Shown: in pieces, positions 26,415 to 32,000 of the stretch
Layout: every line of letters starts with the position of its first letter
How positions within the stretch are numbered: the first letter of the stretch is position 1
Source of the DNA: Candidatus Methylomirabilis oxygeniifera
GTDB lineage: Bacteria; Methylomirabilota; Methylomirabilia; Methylomirabilales; Methylomirabilaceae
DNA: 32,000 nt
NCBI GenBank assembly: GCA_000091165.1
Contig: FP565575.1
Coordinates: forward strand, 2,040,001-2,072,000
Direction: 5' to 3'
Translations under genes and position numbers: made by a program
Notes under the pieces: generated by a model
What the model was told of the DNA's origin: nothing
What the model saw: only the letters and a program-made list of their open reading frames with translations
Database searches by the model: none

Positions 26415-26468
26415 GCCGTTCCCCGCCATCTACTGGAAAAGTTCAATAGTAAAGGGATAGGAACCGGA

Positions 26469-26507
26469 ACAGTGCGCCGTCCATGAGACGGCGCACTGTA
26501 GATTTTT
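26469..26507. terminator. Strong hairpin terminator between convergent yajC and nirDL
   Basis: A perfect 13-bp stem acagtgcgccgtc (26469-26481) / gacggcgcactgt (26487-26499) with a 5-nt loop, followed by agattttt on the plus strand. Confidence 0.7.
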
Positions 26508-26551
26508 CTGCTGACAGGTGAGTCAGGCGGAATATAGCTCGTTTCCGGGTC

Positions 26552-27712
26552 TTATTGAGTTAATACGGAATGGCGGGAGGCAACCGACTCTCCAGCTACG
26601 GCCTGATCGCCCGGGCTCATAGGCGCCTTCGGAGAAATCTGTGTTGCCGCTTTTTCCTCCCAGGCTGTATCCTCTCCGGTGAAATATCTCAGCCGAACTT
26701 TTTTGAATTCCCGTACTGTCCACAGCATCGCGTAATGCTCGATCCCCGTCTCTCCACTGATCGCTGCAACCGTTTCCTCGCATGCTTCCCGGCTCTTCTG
26801 ATGGACCATCGTAAAGAGCGAAAACGGCCACTCCGGAAAGGTGGGGCGCTGATAGCAGTGACTGACCGCGCGAAACTGCGCCATCTGATGTCCAACGGAC
26901 TCTACTTTCTCTTCCGGCACCGACCACGCCGCCATGACGTTCCCGGTGTAGCCGGCCTTGCGGTGGTGTAAGATTGCCGCAAAGCGGCGCATGATGTGCC
27001 GCTGGAGAAGCTCTTGTGCACAGACCAACATCGCCTCAACACCCAGTCCGCACTGTCTGGCAGCCTCGCGAAACGGCTCCCCTGCAAGCGGCAGATCATC
27101 CTGGAGAACCCGCACGATCAGGCGCTCCTCTGGATCTAGACCACGCTCGGAATGACCGTTGCCCGTGAAGAAATGGCCCTCCTCCTTACGTACGCCTGCT
27201 GCGTCAACATCCATATCCAGGCGTACCCCGATCTTAAAGACCCTGAGCGCCGGAAAGAGTCGTGCCGCCTCGGCGCCCGTATCTCGCGCCAACACCGCGA
27301 CGCTGGATTCGAGCCCCAACCGACTCTCTGGGGAAACAGCAAGGGTAAACCATACATTAAACGGACAACAGGCATTTACACCGAAGGTGTCCGGAAGCGT
27401 ATACCTGCGGAGATAGTTGTGACTTACCCCGGGATGAGCGTTAATCTGCGCGGCCGCCTCGTCAACGCACTCCTCACGCAATCGGAAGCCGACCAGCGAT
27501 GATCGATAGCCAAGGCGCGACGTATCGAAAATGGCACCGATATTTCGGACAAAACCTTCAGCTTTGAGCCGGGCAATGCGCTCGATCACATCGTCTTCAG
27601 TAAGGCCCACACTCTCGCCGAGGGCGCGATAAGGGCGCTCTACAAGCGGGATGCCGGCCTGGATCGCATCCAATAGTTTACGATCGATTGCATCCATCTC
27701 GAACACGAACAC
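26552..27712 (-). CDS. nirDL: Fused NirD/NirL-type siroheme decarboxylase (AhbA/AhbB-like, two Lrp/AsnC-like modules), heme d1 biosynthesis
   Basis: Two repeats of the pattern D..D..LL..iQ..iPL...P...la...G..e..v..ri..L...G.ir....  are followed by ...HPGVSHNY.R / AVSHCYQR. It is 386 aa and sits beside nirF/nirJ. Confidence 0.78.
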   Translation of the reverse strand: MFVFEMDAIDRKLLDAIQAGIPLVERPYRALGESVGLTEDDVIERIARLKAEGFVRNIGAIFDTSRLGYRSSLVGFRLREECVDEAAAQINAHPGVSHNYLRRYTLPDTFGVNACCPFNVWFTLAVSPESRLGLESSVAVLARDTGAEAARLFPALRVFKIGVRLDMDVDAAGVRKEEGHFFTGNGHSERGLDPEERLIVRVLQDDLPLAGEPFREAARQCGLGVEAMLVCAQELLQRHIMRRFAAILHHRKAGYTGNVMAAWSVPEEKVESVGHQMAQFRAVSHCYQRPTFPEWPFSLFTMVHQKSREACEETVAAISGETGIEHYAMLWTVREFKKVRLRYFTGEDTAWEEKAATQISPKAPMSPGDQAVAGESVASRHSVLTQ

Positions 27713-27792
27713 CCCTCGCTTTCTGTATCCCGAGCTTACGCGTTCGGGTAGCGATCATGGCAGAGAATACGCTCAACCTTCTTCGAATCCCT

Positions 27793-28131
27793 TCACTCCG
27801 GTCTCTTCTCTCCCTGAGATGAGACGCCAGGAAATACCTTCACCGAAAGGTCCTGACCGACATGGCACTGCAAGCAAAAATCATTGCGCGTCGGATGCGG
27901 CGTGATGGGAGCCCCCGCGACCCCGAATTCGTGGCAAACCAGACACATGCCTTTCCTGGCTTCCGCATCGTGGGGGACCAAAGGCGGGGCGCCCTCATAG
28001 GCGCGAGGCAGCCTCTTGCTGCCTTGTTGAGGAGTCGCCTGTTCAGAAAGCGCACGGCCGCCTAGTGCAACCAGCACGCAAAAGAAAACCACTCCAAAAA
28101 AGACTACTGTTTTGAGCGTCTTTGCCATCAT
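27793..28131 (-). CDS. napB: NapB-like diheme cytochrome c subunit of periplasmic nitrate reductase
   Basis: Has a signal peptide and two CxxCH motifs (CLVCH, CLQCH) in the NapB-typical context APPLVPHD...CLVCH. It starts 3 nt after the napA stop and is 112 aa. Confidence 0.8.
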   Translation of the reverse strand: MMAKTLKTVVFFGVVFFCVLVALGGRALSEQATPQQGSKRLPRAYEGAPPLVPHDAEARKGMCLVCHEFGVAGAPITPHPTRNDFCLQCHVGQDLSVKVFPGVSSQGEKRPE

Positions 28132-28134
28132 TCT

Positions 28135-30501
28135 TCACACTTTCTCGATTCGAACTGCGCACTTCTTAAAGTCCGGCTGTTTGGAAATAGGATCGTAGGC
28201 GTCAAGCGTCACCAGGTTGATGAGGACATTTTCATCGAAGAACGGCACAAACACGACTCCTTTTGGAACCGTATTCCTTCCGTTTACTTGAGCCTTTGCG
28301 ATAACCTCCCCACGACGCGACTGAACACGAACCTGATCCCCAGTCTTGATTCCCAAGGCAGCCGCGTTCTCGGCGCTGATCCAAACAGGCGCAAAGGGGG
28401 CGGCACGGTGAAGCTCAAGGACTCTTCTCGTAATGGTCCCTGTATGCCAGTGCTCAAGGACGCGGCCTGTTGTGAGCCACAAAGGATATTGTGCATCCGG
28501 CTGCTCGGCGGGCGGCTCGTAGGGCCTCGCCCAAATGACGGCGCGACCATCCGGCTGGCCGTAAAACCGGACACCCTCGCCTTTCTTGACGTACGGGTCG
28601 AGCCCCTCCCTGTAACGCCACCGTGTTTCTTTGCCCTCGACAACAGGCCAGCGCAGCCCGCCCCGGACCTTCGCGTATACATCATAGGGCGCAAGGTCCT
28701 TCCCTGATTCTTGGCCGAACTTCCGATACTCCTCAAAGAGCGCCTTGTGCAGAGGCGCCTCCCCATAGTTAAGCAGGTGTCCCAGATCCAAACGCTTGGC
28801 TAACTCGACGATCTGCCAGAGATCGTCCTTCGCCTGACCCGGCGGGTCTACCATTTTGAACCAGTGCTGAGTGCGCCGTTCGGTATTGCCGAACATCCCC
28901 TCCTTCTCGACCCACATGGCCGACGGCAGGATGAGATCGGCGTGGCGAGCGGTTTCACTGGGGTACACCTCTGAAACGACAATAAATCGCTCGCCTCCTT
29001 TTCGCGCACCCCTGCGATAGCGGCCCGCATGGGGCAGCGTCTGAAACGGGTTGGTGGTGTTGATCCAGATGACCTTGACATCACCGCGATCCAATGCGCG
29101 AAACATCTCTATGGCGTGAAACCCTGGTCTGGGTGAAATCTTCTCAACCGGGATATTCCAGATGTGCGCCGCCTTTTTGCGGTGCTCTGGATTCGCAACA
29201 AACATACCGCCAGGAAGAGTGTGTGACAGGACACCTACCTCCCGCGTCGTTCCGCATGCTGAAGGCTGCCCGGTCAGCGATAAGGGACTGTTGCCGGGTT
29301 CGGCAATTTTTCCGGTCAGCAGGTGCAGGTTATAGACAAGGTTGTTGATCCAGGTGCCCCGCACATGCTGGTTGAAGCCCATGGTCCAACAGGACACGGC
29401 CTTACGCCTGGGATCGCCCAACAGCCGAGCAATCTGACGGATCGTATCGGCTGAAACGCCGGAAAGTTGTTCAGCATACTCCGGCGTGTAGGACTCCAGG
29501 AACTTCTTATACTCCTCGAAACTGATCGGCTGAGGCTTATCGGCAAAAGGCTTATACGTCTTCCAACTGGTTTCCGAAGCCCCGCCATACTCAAAGTTAT
29601 CCTCTACGCCATAGCCGATCCCTGTCAGTCCCTTTTTGAAGGTGACATGCTTCTCAATAAACGCGCTGTTTACGAGCCCTTCCTTCACGATGACATGTGC
29701 CATGGCATTCGCGATGGCGAGATCTGTGTGAGGCTTGAAAATAGCGACGATGTCCGCTGGTTCGTCGGAACTGCGGTTCAGAAAGGTTTGCAAGCTGACG
29801 ATCTTGACGTTGGGATCCTGGTGTTTTCGCTCAACCATCCGCGAGTAGAGGATCGGATGCATCTCGGCGAAGTTAGAGCCCCAGACAAAAAAGGTATCAG
29901 TCAATTCGAAATCGTCGTAGCACCCCATCGGCTCATCCATGCCGAAGGTCGAGTAAAAACCGGCTACGGCCGAGGACATACAGAGGCGCGGATTCCCCTC
30001 CACGTTGTTAGAGCCGATCCCCGCCTTCATCAATTTGTTGATGGCGTAACCTTCAAAGATCGTTGTTTGCCCCGAGAAGTAGACTGCGACCGACTCCGGA
30101 CCGTGCTGTTGAATAGCCTCTTTAAACTTGGAGGCCATGATATCCATCGCCTGAGTCCAGGAGATCTCAGCGAACTTGTTGCCTTGGCGAAGCAGCGGAG
30201 CCTTATAGCGGTCAGGGCCATAGAGAATTTTAGGGAGACTATAACCTTTGATGCAGAGCAGGCCACGATTGACGGGCGCCTCTGGATCGCCTTTGACGGC
30301 CACCACTTTGCCTTCCCGAAGTCCTACCAGCACGCCGCATCCAACCCCGCAGAAACGACAGGGGCTCTTCTTCCATTCCTCTGCCGTCTCGGCAGCCTCC
30401 GCAACCCCCTCGGGGATAGCGAATAGTGCGTCGGGCGAAGTCAGAGCTACGGCGCTTGCCCCGGCTAAGGTCTTTAAAAGCTCTCTACGAGAAAGTTTCA
30501 T
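28135..30501 (-). CDS. napA: Periplasmic nitrate reductase catalytic subunit NapA (Mo-bisMGD, 4Fe-4S)
   Basis: Has the Tat signal SRRELLKTLAGASA, the N-terminal cluster motif CRFCGVGCGVLV...C and the molybdopterin oxidoreductase architecture. It is 788 aa. Confidence 0.92.
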   Translation of the reverse strand: MKLSRRELLKTLAGASAVALTSPDALFAIPEGVAEAAETAEEWKKSPCRFCGVGCGVLVGLREGKVVAVKGDPEAPVNRGLLCIKGYSLPKILYGPDRYKAPLLRQGNKFAEISWTQAMDIMASKFKEAIQQHGPESVAVYFSGQTTIFEGYAINKLMKAGIGSNNVEGNPRLCMSSAVAGFYSTFGMDEPMGCYDDFELTDTFFVWGSNFAEMHPILYSRMVERKHQDPNVKIVSLQTFLNRSSDEPADIVAIFKPHTDLAIANAMAHVIVKEGLVNSAFIEKHVTFKKGLTGIGYGVEDNFEYGGASETSWKTYKPFADKPQPISFEEYKKFLESYTPEYAEQLSGVSADTIRQIARLLGDPRRKAVSCWTMGFNQHVRGTWINNLVYNLHLLTGKIAEPGNSPLSLTGQPSACGTTREVGVLSHTLPGGMFVANPEHRKKAAHIWNIPVEKISPRPGFHAIEMFRALDRGDVKVIWINTTNPFQTLPHAGRYRRGARKGGERFIVVSEVYPSETARHADLILPSAMWVEKEGMFGNTERRTQHWFKMVDPPGQAKDDLWQIVELAKRLDLGHLLNYGEAPLHKALFEEYRKFGQESGKDLAPYDVYAKVRGGLRWPVVEGKETRWRYREGLDPYVKKGEGVRFYGQPDGRAVIWARPYEPPAEQPDAQYPLWLTTGRVLEHWHTGTITRRVLELHRAAPFAPVWISAENAAALGIKTGDQVRVQSRRGEVIAKAQVNGRNTVPKGVVFVPFFDENVLINLVTLDAYDPISKQPDFKKCAVRIEKV

Positions 30502-30548
30502 GTTTGGCCCTCAGGTCCGGATTAACTGAACACTGTCATCACGGTCTC

Positions 30549-31778
30549 TTACATCCCAAATTTGTGCGCCCTGTTGGCGAAAAAGATCCCGGAGGGATGA
30601 TCCGCCGGGAACTCTTTCAGCACCTGAAAGGTCGCCGTATCGTACACAACGACTTTGCCGCCGTCCATCAGAGAGACGTACGCAGCTTCTCCCTTTGGCG
30701 TAAACTGCGGGTGTGTGGCCCCGGCCCCGGGATTGAGCGTTTTGACAACCTTCATGCTGTCAACGTCAATGACATCGATCAGATCTCCGTTTTTACCGAT
30801 AATGTCTACCCATACTTGACGTCCGTCAGGTCGTACCACGGTGTAGAGCGCGGTCCCGCTGATCGGCACGGGGGTGAGCGGCGTCCAGTCGAGCGTGGAA
30901 TAGACCAGCGCAACCTCGCGCTTGAGCGCAGGCAGAAAAGCCAACCGCCCAGTAAGAGCCCAGCCTTTGAGATGCGGAATTTTCCACAGTGGAACATCGG
31001 GACCTTTACCCTGCTCGGCCAGAATCGGAGCGACTCGATCGAGCTTCCAGGTATCGAGGAGCCCCATCCAGTTCGAGTCTAAAAAGCCCGCGAGATAGTA
31101 GCGTCCGTCCGGACTGATCAGCGCGTCATACGGCATCTTCCCGACATCGGGAAACTTTCGAATTACGGGAAACTCTTTTTTCCCCGCATCCACCACCCAT
31201 ATGCTGTTGCCGTCCATCAAAGAAAATACGAGGAGGTTGCCGGGGGCATCAACTAACCCCGCCACTCGGGACGGTAATTGCTCTCTGCCCTTTTCACTTG
31301 CGTCCGTGTACAGGGCCGGGATCGTCTTCACCAGTTCCAACGTGTCGGCGTCCAGAATGCGCACCTCGCCTGGAACATAATTACTGAGGGCTACGTACTT
31401 GCCATCCTGGCTAACCACACCGCCGACGGACAATTTCCCTGCATTCACCTGCTTAACAAGCTTCAGAGTGAGAAGATCGATCTTGGAGACTTCGCCTGTG
31501 CGACCGATGACATAGGCGTAGCGCGCGTCCGGGGAGAATTTCACCGTCGCGTGGGTAAGGTTGCCGAGTCCCGAGATGCGCCCCAGCAGTTCGTGGCGGG
31601 AGGAGTCGATGATAAGTACGCTGCCGGCCTGTCGCTCAATGACGACCACCAACGACGCCGTCCCCCACCGCCGCTCATCGGCGCTCGAATGCAGGGGCAG
31701 GCTGAGCGCCAGGAGAATGAGGAATGCCTTAACCGCGAACCGAAATATGCGTACTCGCACGACTGTCTTCCTTTCCAT
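30549..31778 (-). CDS. nirF: NirF-like cytochrome d1-domain beta-propeller protein (heme d1 biosynthesis), no heme c motif
   Basis: 409 aa with a signal peptide and d1-type eight-bladed propeller repeats (SPDGRY, SQDGKY, RPDGRQVWV). There is no CxxCH, so it is not NirS/NirN. The start overlaps the nirJ 3' end by about 50 nt, so an alternative downstream start is possible. Confidence 0.78.
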   Translation of the reverse strand: MERKTVVRVRIFRFAVKAFLILLALSLPLHSSADERRWGTASLVVVIERQAGSVLIIDSSRHELLGRISGLGNLTHATVKFSPDARYAYVIGRTGEVSKIDLLTLKLVKQVNAGKLSVGGVVSQDGKYVALSNYVPGEVRILDADTLELVKTIPALYTDASEKGREQLPSRVAGLVDAPGNLLVFSLMDGNSIWVVDAGKKEFPVIRKFPDVGKMPYDALISPDGRYYLAGFLDSNWMGLLDTWKLDRVAPILAEQGKGPDVPLWKIPHLKGWALTGRLAFLPALKREVALVYSTLDWTPLTPVPISGTALYTVVRPDGRQVWVDIIGKNGDLIDVIDVDSMKVVKTLNPGAGATHPQFTPKGEAAYVSLMDGGKVVVYDTATFQVLKEFPADHPSGIFFANRAHKFGM

Positions 31779-32000
31779 TCGTCGATGAGATCCCTAACTC
31801 CTCGTCGCTCAGGTAACAGCTAGGGTCGGACGCCCACAGATCCCCGGTTGTCGCCTCCGCCCTGACTCTCGAGTTGCCGCCGCACAGATCGAGATACGGG
31901 CATTGGGCACAGCGGCCCTTGAGCGCGTGTCGGCGATCTTTCAGGACGCGCATGATCGGATCAGTGGTATCTTCCCAGATCGCCGCAAAACTCCGCTCTC
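31729..32000 (-). CDS. nirJ: NirJ/AhbD-type radical SAM (SPASM) heme d1 biosynthesis protein, C-terminal part only
   Basis: The frame is open to the window edge: ...ERSFAAIWEDTTDPIMRVLKDRRHALKGRCAQCPYLDLCGGNSRVRAEATTGDLWASDPSCYL is the SPASM C-terminal cysteine pattern. The tracked Met at 31953 is internal. Confidence 0.72.
   Translation of the reverse strand, partial: ERSFAAIWEDTTDPIMRVLKDRRHALKGRCAQCPYLDLCGGNSRVRAEATTGDLWASDPSCYLSDEELGISSTNGKEDSRASTHISVRG

Overview
The window is about 60% GC and mostly core bacterial chromosome, with one small decayed accessory island. No rRNA, tRNA, CRISPR array or transposase/integrase gene was seen.

Minus strand, 14.5 to 6.0 kb: a long Fe-S assembly operon. 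Gene order is atypical receiver domain, Zn-ribbon protein, apbC/mrp, sufB, sufC, sufD, sufS, sufU, sufT, ferredoxin. It is followed by moaA, an aldehyde dehydrogenase and a tandem SagB/nitroreductase-like protein. A vapBC module and a truncated MBL-fold hydrolase sit at the left edge.

Plus strand, 18.1 to 26.4 kb: an unknown 144-aa protein, an M23 peptidase and a secreted acidic protein behind a canonical sigma-54 promoter. These are followed by yebC, ruvC, ruvA, ruvB, DUF2905, queA, tgt and yajC.

Minus strand, 32.0 to 26.5 kb: nirJ (partial), nirF, napA, napB and fused nirDL. The periplasmic nitrate reductase is therefore nested inside heme d1 biosynthesis genes. I recall this layout from Ca. 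Methylomirabilis (NC10), but cannot verify it here.

The island at 14.5 to 17.7 kb holds nested palindromic MITE-like repeats, a remnant of a large DNA methyltransferase N-terminus, an orphan HEPN/DUF4145-like protein with an Rx4H motif, brnT plus an antitoxin, and an MNT with a short, probably decayed HEPN.

Most unusual observations:
- Palindromic repeat elements lie in-frame inside conserved genes: queA (including a perfect G3N4 x4 quadruplex motif) and sufD.
- A 105-bp MITE copy sits between sufB and sufC.
- The suf operon has no recognisable SufR/IscR and is instead headed by a pseudo-receiver and a Zn-ribbon protein.

I cannot demonstrate a clear-cut novel multi-gene system. The candidates are ranked by interest score in the findings.
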